A stretch of 32,000 bases of DNA from Salmonella phage vB_Sen_SG_WM_RUS_R2. The DNA lies in the sequence record PQ002169.1. One strand, 5' to 3'. Numbering within the stretch: the stretch's first letter is position 1; each line of letters starts with the position of its first letter. The translations under genes and the position numbers were made by a program. The notes beneath the pieces were generated by a model. It saw only the letters and a list, made by a program, of their open reading frames with translations, made no database searches and was not told where the DNA came from. Shown piece by piece: positions 15,476-25,775 of this stretch.

Positions 15476-15715
15476 CTATAAATATGGTATTTGAAATATT
15501 CTAGCAATTGCACGAACCATAACGACTGTCCCAATAAGATCCATTACTTCATCAAAGCCGGATTCTTCTAGTATGAAGGATGTACCCATCACATCTTCCA
15601 TTGTATCTTCTATGACGTCTTGAATGATTTCGTTAACTGCATCATGAACTGCTTTAGCCCTAGGATTCATTTCTAGTGGTAGAGGTTCCTGAAAGGGCTT
15701 ATCATCTTCTTGCAT
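15476..15715 (-). CDS. Acidic hypothetical protein (79 aa), first gene of the leftward operon
   Basis: ORF track; promoter-like sequence upstream. Confidence 0.65.
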   Translation of the reverse strand: MQEDDKPFQEPLPLEMNPRAKAVHDAVNEIIQDVIEDTMEDVMGTSFILEESGFDEVMDLIGTVVMVRAIARIFQIPYL

Positions 15716-15790
15716 AGTGTTTGCTACCAGTGACCCATCCAGAAAATAAAAAAATTTGTTTACTTGGATGCCTTTTTAATTTATACTTAT

Positions 15791-15819
15791 ATTATATAAA
15801 AATAAAGACTTGTTGACAA
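15791..15819 (-). promoter_or_regulatory. Sigma70-type promoter for the leftward operon
   Basis: Minus strand TTGTCA - 17 nt - TATAAT. Confidence 0.65.
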
Positions 15820-15837
15820 GTGAAATTTTGAGATTTT

Positions 15838-17751
15838 ATGAGCTTCTTCGCAGGAAAATATACAGATGGAAAAACAGTCCTATCTTTAAATAGGGCTAGT
15901 GGAGGAGACATCAACGTTCATTACAGTCCCAACACAAACTCCATCTTCCATTCAGACATGCCTCACATGTTTGTTAAACGCCGTTTTCAGGTGGGTTTAG
16001 GGAACGCAGGTAATGGATACTTTACCGGAGCCTTACCATCCGACCTCAGCTATCTTCTAGCAAATAGGGCAAATGTGATTCTTCCAGTCCTAGTGGTACG
16101 AGATAATGCTGATGGTACAGAATATTACCACCAGATGACAGGTATTCAGAGGAACAGTACGTATAGATGGCGTAACCTTTATGAGAGTATTAGTATCTGG
16201 GGTCAATATACCGGATCTATTCAGTTTGACTTGAACCTTGAATGGGGGTACTGGAAACAGGGTGGTGCTGTCTGGGATCAGATTGGTAACTATGGTACTG
16301 GTGGGCATACTATATTTGACCATGAAGGTGGTGAAGACTACGTTGCTGATGCCTATTATGATTTAGCGGGTGGTTGGATTATGTACCAATGGCGTGATCC
16401 ACAGGACTGGTATATGTATACTAACTGGATACCACGTGCTCAAAGCCGTCCTATCATGAACTATGAAGACAGTCAGAACCTGGTAAATCCTGATTACATG
16501 CATCCACTTGGACCTTCTAGCAGTGTTTACGATGCTGTGTATGTTAGAGCAGGTGGTGCTAGATGTGCTACTGGTATGGGTGATCCTAATGCCTATGGTA
16601 ATACAGCTTATACTAAGGTTCGTAACCTGGATTTCCCTTATCAGATTCCAATGGCTAACTCTAGTTCCGCTTATCTAACTGCTGGTGCTGAACGTCATGT
16701 GGCTAATGCGCGTATGTCTGGATTCAGTGAGGTTTACTACCCATTCACCCCAGTTCGTATGGAGTACCTATGGTTAAACGTTACGTTTGATAACTACTGG
16801 GGTTACTCAGCTGAAAACCTGTTTACTGGTAATGACATTAAGATTGCAAAAGATTCCTTCATAATTAAAGGAGTTGATCTAAGAAATACCAACTACGAAA
16901 TGTTAGCAGCTGTGAGTACCGGTACTCCTAGCATTAGTAATACTTACTTCTCTAGTAACGTGTTTGCTTGGTCCTCTACAGAGATGGATGATGGTGGTGC
17001 TTTCAGATTCTTTGGTGCTAATGCCTGGGGCGGTTTGAAAGGATTTACTGGAAGTAACACAGGTAGTACAGTGGGTAACTCAACACCATGGAATATCGGA
17101 TTGTACAGACTTCCACAAAATAGTAATATCGAGATTAACTCCCCACAGAATAAGATAGCTATTAACGGTGTGGATATCTGGAGTCCCAATGTAAGACCTC
17201 TACATTTATTTACGCAGAATAAAGCCAACAATATTATTCTTGGAGATAATGGTAGGCTGTATCCTATGGCATATGGTGAAACCAGATTAATAAACACAGT
17301 TGATGTTGGTTTAGGTGGTAGTCCAGAACCTTCCACGATTCTCCTAAGTATTGAATGGATGGGTAACTCTCTATGTGATACTGATGGTGACGTAAACATG
17401 CAGCGTATTGGTAACAATGCTGGTAGCGGTGCAGGTATTGGTCCATACGTGGGGGCTGCCAGACGTTTGACTAAGTATGACTATGACGCTGGTGATGGTG
17501 TTTCTCACCAAATTGTAGTATTACATACAAATACTTTTGTACCTATTCTAACTACTAATACTATCTCGTATGCTGGAGGTGCTGCTGGTGCTCCTCGAAA
17601 CAAATTCCAATACTATATCAGAAAGAACGCCTCCAATATCCTAGAATTCTGGGTAACTTCTAGGGCATTGCCAATGAGCGGTCTGCCTGTTTCATATACT
17701 CCGTGGGTTCAATACCACAAACTAAGACTTAATATTCAGAGGTTAACATAA
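15838..17751 (+). CDS. oad: pb5-like receptor-binding tail-tip protein (637 aa)
   Basis: Recalled T5 pb5 features at both ends (MSFFAGK..., IFHSDM, F.GNDIKI...FIIKGV, ...IQRLT), similar length (640 aa) and same location beside terminase. Confidence 0.8.
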   Translation: MSFFAGKYTDGKTVLSLNRASGGDINVHYSPNTNSIFHSDMPHMFVKRRFQVGLGNAGNGYFTGALPSDLSYLLANRANVILPVLVVRDNADGTEYYHQMTGIQRNSTYRWRNLYESISIWGQYTGSIQFDLNLEWGYWKQGGAVWDQIGNYGTGGHTIFDHEGGEDYVADAYYDLAGGWIMYQWRDPQDWYMYTNWIPRAQSRPIMNYEDSQNLVNPDYMHPLGPSSSVYDAVYVRAGGARCATGMGDPNAYGNTAYTKVRNLDFPYQIPMANSSSAYLTAGAERHVANARMSGFSEVYYPFTPVRMEYLWLNVTFDNYWGYSAENLFTGNDIKIAKDSFIIKGVDLRNTNYEMLAAVSTGTPSISNTYFSSNVFAWSSTEMDDGGAFRFFGANAWGGLKGFTGSNTGSTVGNSTPWNIGLYRLPQNSNIEINSPQNKIAINGVDIWSPNVRPLHLFTQNKANNIILGDNGRLYPMAYGETRLINTVDVGLGGSPEPSTILLSIEWMGNSLCDTDGDVNMQRIGNNAGSGAGIGPYVGAARRLTKYDYDAGDGVSHQIVVLHTNTFVPILTTNTISYAGGAAGAPRNKFQYYIRKNASNILEFWVTSRALPMSGLPVSYTPWVQYHKLRLNIQRLT

Positions 17752-18233
17752 TGGCAAATGATGTTTTAGTACCGGATCTTATGTCCCCTGAAGGCATGGA
17801 TGTAATCGAGGCTTATTTACAGTGCGGTAGCGATGTACGCATGGCTGCCCGTAGTCTTGGTATGTCGGAAATTGCATTCAGGGATATTATGAATCGTGGG
17901 GAAGTTAAGAACTACCTCAATGATATCTTTATGGAAAGTGGGTTCCGCAACCGTGACAAGTTGTTTGGAGTTCTTGATGAGGTTATCAAGCGTAAGCTGG
18001 AAGAACTTGAAGAAACGGGTATGGGATCTGACCAGGATATCATGGATATTCTGTGGAAAGCCCATAAAATGAAGATGGAAGAAATGAAGATGATGGTAGA
18101 GCTGGAGAAGGCAAGAGCTGCCACTCGTGCTCCTGCTAATCAGACTAATATCCAGAATAACATTATTGCTGGCTCCGGTGATCAGAACTACATGGACTTA
18201 ATTACCTCGCTAGCAACGGGAGGTAAGAAGTAA
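17751..18233 (+). CDS. Probable terminase small subunit (160 aa)
   Basis: N-terminal helix-turn-helix-like [24 protein letters not shown]; immediately upstream of TerL. Confidence 0.7.
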   Translation: MANDVLVPDLMSPEGMDVIEAYLQCGSDVRMAARSLGMSEIAFRDIMNRGEVKNYLNDIFMESGFRNRDKLFGVLDEVIKRKLEELEETGMGSDQDIMDILWKAHKMKMEEMKMMVELEKARAATRAPANQTNIQNNIIAGSGDQNYMDLITSLATGGKK

Positions 18234-19549
18234 TGGAAGTATCAAGACCCTACGTTAACACAGTAGATGTTATTGATTTCGGAATAGACAAACGTTTCTT
18301 CCGTCTACCTGTTTCAGGAATATTAGCACAAGAGGGTATTACACCTAATGGCCCTCAAATAGCAATTATCAATGCGCTAGAAGACCCTAGACATCGTTTT
18401 GTAACGGCGTGTGTATCACGCCGTGTAGGTAAATCTTTTATAGCGTATACACTTGGGTTCCTAAAATTGCTGGAACCTAATGTGAAGGTGCTAGTAGTTG
18501 CCCCTAACTACTCACTAGCAAACATTGGTTGGTCACAGATTCGTGGTCTAATTAAAAAATATGGATTGCAGACTGAGCGTGAGAATGCCAAAGATAAAGA
18601 AATTGAGCTGGCCAACGGTTCTCTGTTCAAATTAGCTTCTGCTGCTCAGGCTGACTCCGCAGTTGGTCGTTCCTATGATTTCATCATCTTTGATGAAGCC
18701 GCAATCTCTGACGTTGGTGGTGCTGCATTCGATATTCAGCTTCGTCCAACCCTAGATAAACCAAACTCTAAGGCTCTTTTCATTTCTACCCCTCGTGGTG
18801 GTAACTGGTTCAAAGAGTTTTATGAGAAAGGATTTAACGAGACACTACCTAACTGGGTATCTATTCATGGTACATACCGTGATAATCCTCGTGCTGATTT
18901 GAATGACATTGAGGAAGCACGTCGTACAGTTAGTAAAAACTACTTCCGCCAAGAATACGAGGCTGACTTCTCTGTATTCGAAGGACAGATATTTGATACC
19001 TTTAATGCTATAGATCATGTTAAAGATCTCAAAGGTATGCGTCACTTCTTTAAAGATGATGAAGCATTCGAAAAGTTACTTGGTATTGACGTTGGTTATC
19101 GTGATCCTACAGCAGTTCTTACTATTAAATATCATTACGACACGGATACTTACTATGTATTGGAGGAATACCAGCAAGCTGAGAAGACCACGGCTCAACA
19201 TGCAGCATATATTCAGCACTGTATAGATCGTTACAACGTTGATCGTATCTTTGTGGACTCCGCAGCAGCCCAATTCCGCCAGGACTTAGCTTACGAGCAC
19301 GAAATTGCATCAGCTCCAGCTAAAAAATCTGTTCTAGATGGCCTAGCATGTTTGCAAGCGTTATTCCAGCAAGGGAAAATTATTGTGGATGCCTCATGTT
19401 CCTCCTTAATTCATGCATTGCAGAACTATAAGTGGGACTTCCAAGAAGGCGAAGAGAAATTATCACGTGAAAAACCACGTCATGATGCTAACTCTCACCT
19501 TTGTGATGCGCTCCGCTATGGAATTTACTCTATTTCCCGTGGTAAATAA
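18233..19549 (+). CDS. terL: Terminase large subunit (438 aa)
   Basis: Walker A-like CVSRRVGKS, Walker B YDFIIFDEAA, nuclease GIDVGYRDPTAVLTIKY. Confidence 0.95.
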   Translation: MEVSRPYVNTVDVIDFGIDKRFFRLPVSGILAQEGITPNGPQIAIINALEDPRHRFVTACVSRRVGKSFIAYTLGFLKLLEPNVKVLVVAPNYSLANIGWSQIRGLIKKYGLQTERENAKDKEIELANGSLFKLASAAQADSAVGRSYDFIIFDEAAISDVGGAAFDIQLRPTLDKPNSKALFISTPRGGNWFKEFYEKGFNETLPNWVSIHGTYRDNPRADLNDIEEARRTVSKNYFRQEYEADFSVFEGQIFDTFNAIDHVKDLKGMRHFFKDDEAFEKLLGIDVGYRDPTAVLTIKYHYDTDTYYVLEEYQQAEKTTAQHAAYIQHCIDRYNVDRIFVDSAAAQFRQDLAYEHEIASAPAKKSVLDGLACLQALFQQGKIIVDASCSSLIHALQNYKWDFQEGEEKLSREKPRHDANSHLCDALRYGIYSISRGK

Positions 19550-19720
19550 ATAAGTATAGGATGGGATACTACTCAGTTGGTATCCCATTCCTGTATTTTA
19601 AAATCCCCTTTACAAATTCGATACGATTATGTATACTATATTCATTGATCGGGAGAACTTCTCCCATAATAGAACGTAAACAAGAAAAATTAATACTCTA
19701 CATGGGGTGTAGGAGATTCT

Positions 19721-20395
19721 ATGGGTCGACAAAAGCTAACAATAAAAGATATAAATATTAGATTAGCTGATCGTGGAATCCAAATTGTCGGTGAATATGT
19801 AAACCAACGTACAAAAACAGTATTTAAATGCCAGAGAGCACACGTTTGGGAAGCAACACCACATTCTATACTCCATATGAGGAGAGGTTGTCCACACTGC
19901 TCCAATAATACAATATCGTTAGATGAAGTTAGTAACAGAATATCTAATATAGGGTATACTCTGTTAAGCAGCTATACTAATGCTAAAACAAAACTACATC
20001 TACGCTGCAATAATGGGCATGACTGTTTCATTACCTTAGATGGATTGACTCAAGGTAAGAGATGTCCTTATTGTTCTCTTAAGTGGGAGAATGGTGGATT
20101 CCTCTATATCATGTCCTCCTCTAGCGGTACTAAAGTAGGCATAAGCTTATATCCCGAGAAACGGTTGAATGAAGTTAAAAGAGAATCTGGATTTTCTGAC
20201 CTGTACTTGTTCACCATGTATCATCTGCCAGATAGAGAGACTGCTTTAGATTTAGAAAAGGAAGTTCACAGAGAATATTATAATAAAAACTGTGGGTTTT
20301 CTAATTTTACAGGAAGCACGGAATTTTTTAATGTTGCTCCTGAGGATATAGTAATCTTTCTAAATAGCTTTGGATTGGAGGAGTATGGCCACTAA
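19721..20395 (+). CDS. GIY-YIG (T5orf172/MUG113-type) endonuclease with two N-terminal zinc-ribbon units (224 aa)
   Basis: CQRAHVWEATPHSILHMRRGCPHC and CNNGHDCFITLDGLTQGKRCPYC; GGFLYIM...GTKVGISLYPEKRLNEV. Confidence 0.75.
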   Translation: MGRQKLTIKDINIRLADRGIQIVGEYVNQRTKTVFKCQRAHVWEATPHSILHMRRGCPHCSNNTISLDEVSNRISNIGYTLLSSYTNAKTKLHLRCNNGHDCFITLDGLTQGKRCPYCSLKWENGGFLYIMSSSSGTKVGISLYPEKRLNEVKRESGFSDLYLFTMYHLPDRETALDLEKEVHREYYNKNCGFSNFTGSTEFFNVAPEDIVIFLNSFGLEEYGH

Positions 20396-20822
20396 TACTA
20401 AGTACAAACGTGATGCCATTTCCATAATGAGGGATGGTATAAAATCTAGGTATAGTAAGGATGGTTGCTGTGCTATATGTGGTAGTAGTGAAGACCTAGA
20501 ACTTCACCATTATCATACTATATCTCAGCTAATAAAAAAATTTGCTAAAGAACTCCAGCTGGATTTCACTGATGAGAATATCGTCCTTTCAAATAGGGAA
20601 GCATTCTACAAGAAATATGAGCATGAGTTAGTTAGGGACGTGGTAACATTGTGCCAGCACCATCACCAACTATTACATAAGGTTTACACAAAAGAACCTC
20701 CTTTATTTTCTGCTAATAAGCAAAAAGTGTGGGTTCAAAAGCAGAAAGACAAATTACAGAATCCTCAAGAAAAGACACAAGTCAAGACTGAAATAAAATC
20801 AGGATTCGCAAGGTTCTTATAA
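20385..20822 (+). CDS. HNH endonuclease adjacent to the packaging genes (145 aa)
   Basis: CCAICGSSEDLELHHYHTISQ...NREAFYKKYEHELVRDVVTLCQHHHQLLHK; likely ATG at 20385. Confidence 0.85.
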   Translation: MATNTKYKRDAISIMRDGIKSRYSKDGCCAICGSSEDLELHHYHTISQLIKKFAKELQLDFTDENIVLSNREAFYKKYEHELVRDVVTLCQHHHQLLHKVYTKEPPLFSANKQKVWVQKQKDKLQNPQEKTQVKTEIKSGFARFL

Positions 20823-22039
20823 TGGGTTTAAAAAGCTGGATTACTGAAAAGTTAAATCCGGGTCAACGTATTATAAGAGACATGGAACCAGTTAGTCATC
20901 GCACTAACCGTAAGCCTTTTACCACTGGACAAGCCTACAGTAAAATTGAGATTCTCAATAGAACTGCTAATATGGTTATAGATAGTGCGGCGGAGTGTTC
21001 TTATACTGTCGGAGATAAATATAATATTGTTACGTACGCTAATGGCGTCAAAACAAAGACTCTAGACACTCTCTTAAATGTACGACCTAATCCATTCATG
21101 GATATAAGCACATTCCGTAGACTTGTAGTCACTGACCTACTTTTTGAAGGTTGTGCGTACATCTATTGGGATGGCACATCGCTTTACCATGTCCCGGCTG
21201 CTCTTATGCAGGTCGAGGCAGATGCCAATAAGTTTATCAAAAAATTTATATTTAATAATCAGATAGACTATCGCGTAGATGAGATTATCTTTATAAAGGA
21301 TAACAGTTACGTGTGTGGCACAAATTCTCAAATTTCTGGACAATCTCGTGTTGCTACTGTTATTGATTCTCTTGAGAAGCGTTCTAAGATGCTTAACTTT
21401 AAAGAGAAATTCCTCGATAACGGAACCGTGATTGGTCTTATTCTTGAGACGGATGAAATCCTGAACAAGAAATTGCGTGAGCGTAAACAAGAAGAATTAC
21501 AACTCGATTATAATCCTAGTACGGGTCAGTCTTCTGTCCTGATTCTAGATGGTGGTATGAAAGCTAAACCGTACTCCCAAATATCCTCTTTTAAAGATCT
21601 AGACTTTAAGGAAGACATCGAAGGATTTAATAAATCTATTTGTCTAGCCTTTGGAGTTCCGCAAGTACTACTTGATGGTGGTAATAATGCGAATATTCGA
21701 CCAAACATCGAATTGTTCTATTATATGACTATCATTCCTATGCTGAACAAACTGACTAGTTCTCTTACTTTCTTTTTTGGTTATAAGATTACCCCTAATA
21801 CTAAGGAGGTAGCTGCATTAACACCAGATAAAGAAGCTGAGGCTAAACATTTAACCTCATTGGTTAATAATGGTATTATGACTGGTAACGAAGCTCGTTT
21901 AGAGCTGAACCTTGAACCTTTAGATGATGAGCAGATGGATAGGATTCGTATTCCTGCTAACGTTGCTGGTTCTGCAACAGGTGTATCTGGTCAAGAAGGT
22001 GGTAGACCTCAGGGTTCCACCGAGGGAGATAAAGAATGA
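20822..22039 (+). CDS. Portal protein (405 aa)
   Basis: Position between TerL/HNH and protease; phage portal-like ICLAFGVPQVLLDGGNNANIRPNIELFYYMTIIPMLNKLTSSLT. Confidence 0.9.
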   Translation: MGLKSWITEKLNPGQRIIRDMEPVSHRTNRKPFTTGQAYSKIEILNRTANMVIDSAAECSYTVGDKYNIVTYANGVKTKTLDTLLNVRPNPFMDISTFRRLVVTDLLFEGCAYIYWDGTSLYHVPAALMQVEADANKFIKKFIFNNQIDYRVDEIIFIKDNSYVCGTNSQISGQSRVATVIDSLEKRSKMLNFKEKFLDNGTVIGLILETDEILNKKLRERKQEELQLDYNPSTGQSSVLILDGGMKAKPYSQISSFKDLDFKEDIEGFNKSICLAFGVPQVLLDGGNNANIRPNIELFYYMTIIPMLNKLTSSLTFFFGYKITPNTKEVAALTPDKEAEAKHLTSLVNNGIMTGNEARLELNLEPLDDEQMDRIRIPANVAGSATGVSGQEGGRPQGSTEGDKE

Positions 22040-22518
22040 TTGATTATAATGGTCTAAAGACCATTTTTGGTGAAAAACTGCCAGAATCTCATATCTTCTT
22101 TGCTACGGTTGCTGCACATAAGTTCGTTCCAAACTACGCTACTCTACGTAAAGAGTTTGGAATGACCACTGCACATACCAACCGCAAGGTTTGGAATAAG
22201 TTCAAAGAAGCATACGAAGTTACTGCTCCGGTTGTTCCGGCTCTAGCTTTCACGAAGAATCTGGCTAAAACTCTAGCTGTTGATACTGGTGCAGCAATTA
22301 ATCTGGGCGTAACAGTTACTGGTGGTACTGCACCATATACTTATACTTGGACTAAAGACGGTTCTCCACTTAGTGGTGTTACTGGCCCTAATTTCAACAA
22401 AGCTACAGCTGCTGCAGAAGATGCTGGTACTTACAAAGTTGTTATAACGGATAGTAAATCTACTTCTATTACTTCTAACGAGTGCGTAACAACTATCAAC
22501 CCTGCGCCGGAGGCTTAA
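22036..22518 (+). CDS. Capsid decoration protein, T5 pb10-like with Ig-like domain (160 aa)
   Basis: MIDYNGLKTIFGEKLPESHIFFATVAAHKFVP... closely matches recalled T5 pb10 N-terminus; Ig/PKD-like C-terminus. Confidence 0.9.
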   Translation: MIDYNGLKTIFGEKLPESHIFFATVAAHKFVPNYATLRKEFGMTTAHTNRKVWNKFKEAYEVTAPVVPALAFTKNLAKTLAVDTGAAINLGVTVTGGTAPYTYTWTKDGSPLSGVTGPNFNKATAAAEDAGTYKVVITDSKSTSITSNECVTTINPAPEA

Positions 22519-22521
22519 TAA

Positions 22522-23154
22522 ATGACAAATGCTGCTATTGACTATAACAAGTTAAAATCAGCACCGGTTCATTTAGACGCTTACATTAAGTCTATTGATA
22601 GCGAATCCAAAGAGGGTGTTGTAAAAATCCGTGGATTCGCTAATACAATTAGTAAAGATCGCGCTGGTGACGTAATTCCTGCTTCGGCATGGAAAACGTC
22701 CAATGCACTTGCTAACTACATGAAAAACCCGATTATTCTTTTCGGCCACGACCATCGTCGTCCAATCGGCAAGTGTATTGATCTTAATCCTACTGAAATG
22801 GGTCTCGAAATTGAATGCGAGATTTATGAAAGTTCTGATCCAGCTATCTTTTCACTAATTAAAAACGGTGTACTGAAAACCTTCAGTATCGGATTCCGCT
22901 GCCTAGACGCAGAATGGGATGAAGCTACTGACATATTTATTATTAAAGATTTAGAACTATACGAAGTTTCGGTAGTTTCTGTACCTTGTAATCAGGACTC
23001 AACGTTCAACCTCGCTAAGAGTATGAATGGCCACGATTACACTGAATGGCGCAAATCTTTTACTGCAACAAGTTCTAAGGCTGTCCCAGCTCAAGAACGT
23101 AATCTTTCTGAACTAGAAAAACTTGCGATAGCTTTAGGCTACGTTAAAGAATAA
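22522..23154 (+). CDS. Prohead maturation protease (210 aa)
   Basis: HK97-type protease pattern GFAN...SKDRAGDVI...LFGHDHRRPIGKC...FSIGFR...LYEVSVVSVPC. Confidence 0.93.
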   Translation: MTNAAIDYNKLKSAPVHLDAYIKSIDSESKEGVVKIRGFANTISKDRAGDVIPASAWKTSNALANYMKNPIILFGHDHRRPIGKCIDLNPTEMGLEIECEIYESSDPAIFSLIKNGVLKTFSIGFRCLDAEWDEATDIFIIKDLELYEVSVVSVPCNQDSTFNLAKSMNGHDYTEWRKSFTATSSKAVPAQERNLSELEKLAIALGYVKE

Positions 23155-23171
23155 CGGAGAATTATTTAAAA

Positions 23172-24548
23172 ATGACTATTGATATTAATAAGCTGAAGGA
23201 AGAACTTGGTCTGGGTGATCTGGCTAAATCTCTGGAAGGTCTGACTGCTGCTCAGAAAGCTGCGGAAGCTAAGCGTCTGCGTGAAGAGCAGGAAGAAAAA
23301 GAACTGGCTCGTATGAACGACCTAGTATCTAAAGCTGTTGGTGAAGACCGTAAGCGTCTGGAAGAAGCTCTGGATCTGGTTAAGAACCTGGATGAGAAGT
23401 CTAAGAAGAGCGCAGAACTGTTTGCACAGACTGTAGAAAAGCAACAGGAAACCATCGTTGGTCTTCAGGACGAAATCAAGTCTCTGTTGGCAGCTCGTGA
23501 AGGTCGTTCCTTCGTTGGTGATAGCGTAGCTAAAGCTCTTTATGGCACTCAGGATGCTTTCGAAGATGAAGTTGAGAAACTGGTTCTTCTGTCTTATATG
23601 ATGGAGAAAGACGTATTCGAAACTGAACATGGTAAGGCTCACGTTAAAGCTGTTAACGGTTCTTCTTCCGTTTCCATGTCTAGCGAAGCATACGAAACTA
23701 TCTTCTCTACCCGTATTATCCGTGACCTGCAGAAGGAACTGGTAGTTGGTGCACTGTTCGATGAACTGCCAATGTCCAGCAAAATCCTTACTATGCTCGT
23801 TGAACCAGAAGCTGGTCGTGCTACTTGGGTAGATGCTTCCAAATTCGGTACTGACGAAACTGTTGGTGACGAAGTTAAAGGTCAACTGACTGAAATCAGC
23901 TTCAAAACTTACAAGCTGGCTGCTAAATCCTTCATCACTGATGAAACTGAAGAAGATGCAATCTTCTCCCTGCTGCCTCTGCTGCGTAAGCGTCTGATCG
24001 AAGCACACGCTGTTTCTATCGAAGAAGCGTTCATGACTGGTAATGGTACTGGTCAGCCGAAAGGTCTGTTGACTCTTGCTAGTGAAGATGGTGCTAAAGT
24101 TACTACTGAAGCTAAAGCTGATGGTACTGTTTTGGTAACTGCTAAAACTATTTCTAAACTGCGTCGTAAACTTGGCCGTCATGGTCTGAAATTGAGCAAA
24201 CTGGTACTGATCGTATCTATGGATGCTTACTACGATCTGCTGGAAGATGAAGAATGGCAGGATGTTGCACAGGTTGGTAACGATGCTGTTAAACTGCAGG
24301 GTCAGGTTGGTCGTATTTATGGTCTGCCAGTTGTAGTTTCTGAATACTTCCCAGCTAAAGCGGTTGATAAAGAGTTCGCAGTTATTGTTTATAAAGATAA
24401 CTTCGTAATGCCACGTCAGCGTGCTGTTACTGTTGAACGTGAGCGCCAAGCTGGTAAACAGCGTGACGCATACTACGTTACTCAGCGTGTTAACCTGCAA
24501 CGTTACTTTGCAAATGGCGTTGTATCTGGTGCTTACGCTGCATCTTAA
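23172..24548 (+). CDS. Major capsid protein (458 aa, T5 pb8-like)
   Basis: HK97-fold capsid with N-terminal coiled-coil scaffold segment; follows the protease. Confidence 0.95.
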   Translation: MTIDINKLKEELGLGDLAKSLEGLTAAQKAAEAKRLREEQEEKELARMNDLVSKAVGEDRKRLEEALDLVKNLDEKSKKSAELFAQTVEKQQETIVGLQDEIKSLLAAREGRSFVGDSVAKALYGTQDAFEDEVEKLVLLSYMMEKDVFETEHGKAHVKAVNGSSSVSMSSEAYETIFSTRIIRDLQKELVVGALFDELPMSSKILTMLVEPEAGRATWVDASKFGTDETVGDEVKGQLTEISFKTYKLAAKSFITDETEEDAIFSLLPLLRKRLIEAHAVSIEEAFMTGNGTGQPKGLLTLASEDGAKVTTEAKADGTVLVTAKTISKLRRKLGRHGLKLSKLVLIVSMDAYYDLLEDEEWQDVAQVGNDAVKLQGQVGRIYGLPVVVSEYFPAKAVDKEFAVIVYKDNFVMPRQRAVTVERERQAGKQRDAYYVTQRVNLQRYFANGVVSGAYAAS

Positions 24549-24555
24549 TAATAAA

Positions 24556-24612
24556 ATACACCTCTTATAAGAGGTGTATACAATAGCTATTATATTTAGT
24601 AGCTATTGTATA
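24556..24612. terminator. Two adjacent hairpins after the capsid gene
   Basis: ATACACCTCTTATAAGAGGTGTAT (24556-24579), overlapping TATACAATAGCTA/TAGCTATTGTATA (24577-24612). Confidence 0.65.
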
Positions 24613-24635
24613 CTAACATTAAGGATATAACACTA

Positions 24636-25205
24636 ATGTCTGGAAAAGCAATTCCGTACGAGATTAGAGAATCTCAGATTTTAGATATATGCACTAAAGA
24701 GAATTATACTTATGAAGGACTAGTATCTACTTTTAAAAATGCAGAGTCTAAAATACAACTTAAATGTAACATTGATGGAAATGTATGGACTCCTAGTATT
24801 CGTAATTTTATTACTAATGGATCTAGATGCCCAAAATGCTTTCAAAATAGATGCTTATTAAATACTAATTGTAAGAATATAAATACTAACTCTACTCCCA
24901 CTTACTTTTATTTACAAAAATTAAGTTGTACTTCACACTCAGCCTTAAAGTATGGGATTACTACTAGAAGTGTAGAAAAGAGACTTTCAGAACAGTCTAA
25001 GAATTCAAAGTATACTCATAGCATAATCTTTGCTATAGAATTATATAGTAAGGAGTACGCTCTAGATATAGAAAATATAGTAAAGGAAATAATCCCTTCA
25101 TCCTTTCTTACACCTGCTTTACTACCCGATGGGTATACTGAGACTTGTTTAGAAAAATATTTACCAGATATAAAAGAAATAGTTTATGACTATATGTTTA
25201 GTTAG
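24636..25205 (+). CDS. GIY-YIG-like homing endonuclease with zinc-ribbon N-terminus (189 aa)
   Basis: CNIDGNVWTPSIRNFITNGSRCPKC; TYFYLQKL...ALKYGITTRSVEKRLSEQ; ATG at 24636 (track start 24606 is TTG). Confidence 0.65.
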   Translation: MSGKAIPYEIRESQILDICTKENYTYEGLVSTFKNAESKIQLKCNIDGNVWTPSIRNFITNGSRCPKCFQNRCLLNTNCKNINTNSTPTYFYLQKLSCTSHSALKYGITTRSVEKRLSEQSKNSKYTHSIIFAIELYSKEYALDIENIVKEIIPSSFLTPALLPDGYTETCLEKYLPDIKEIVYDYMFS

Positions 25206-25220
25206 GCTTTTCAGCCGATA

Positions 25221-25246
25221 AGGAGAGCTTCGGCTCTCCTTTTTTA
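25221..25246 (+). terminator. Rho-independent terminator with UUCG loop
   Basis: AGGAGAGC-TTCG-GCTCTCCT-TTTTTATT. Confidence 0.9.
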
Positions 25247-25262
25247 TTATTAGGAAAAATAA

Positions 25263-25775
25263 ATGCAAATCATCACTGTTGAAGATTACAGACTATATGC
25301 TAACGCAAAACGTCCTGAAATTGAAACACAAGTAGATATGATGATTAAAGCTGCCAATACGTTGATTACTAGCCTTCTAGGTATGGACGACGCGGATGCG
25401 GTAGACCAATTAATCACTACTAAACCTAGCCGTAGGAAATACTTTTTGAGTTCTCCTTCTGCTACATCAGTCACAAAGATGACTATTAATGAGAATGAAA
25501 TAGCCCCGGAACAGTATAAACTGTATCCAGATGGTGTTATTCTCCTTAAATTTAATCCACCAGAAGGGTATATGGATGTAGAGTATACACAAGGTGGATT
25601 TAACCCAATTCCTGAAGATCTCAAACTTGCAGCATGTCTATTAGTAGATCACTGGCATAAACAAGATTATCGTCAAGCTAAAACAATTGGCGGAGAAACA
25701 GTTACTTTTAATAATACTAAGTCTGGTATTCCAGAGCATATTCGTACTATTATTGAAGTTTACAGGAGAGTATAA
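25263..25775 (+). CDS. Head completion/connector protein (170 aa)
   Basis: Gp6-like connector pattern (AANTLITSLLGMDDADAVDQLITTKPS...) right after capsid. Confidence 0.75.
   Translation: MQIITVEDYRLYANAKRPEIETQVDMMIKAANTLITSLLGMDDADAVDQLITTKPSRRKYFLSSPSATSVTKMTINENEIAPEQYKLYPDGVILLKFNPPEGYMDVEYTQGGFNPIPEDLKLAACLLVDHWHKQDYRQAKTIGGETVTFNNTKSGIPEHIRTIIEVYRRV

Noticed and set aside
16944-17417. 157-aa antisense ORF inside the receptor-binding gene
   Set aside because: Fully overlaps a well-supported gene, no SD or operon context.
22573-24500. Long antisense ORFs, including 392 aa at 23322..24500 (-)
   Set aside because: Mirror of the strongly codon-biased capsid gene; Asn/Phe/Ser-rich artefact typical of antisense frames.
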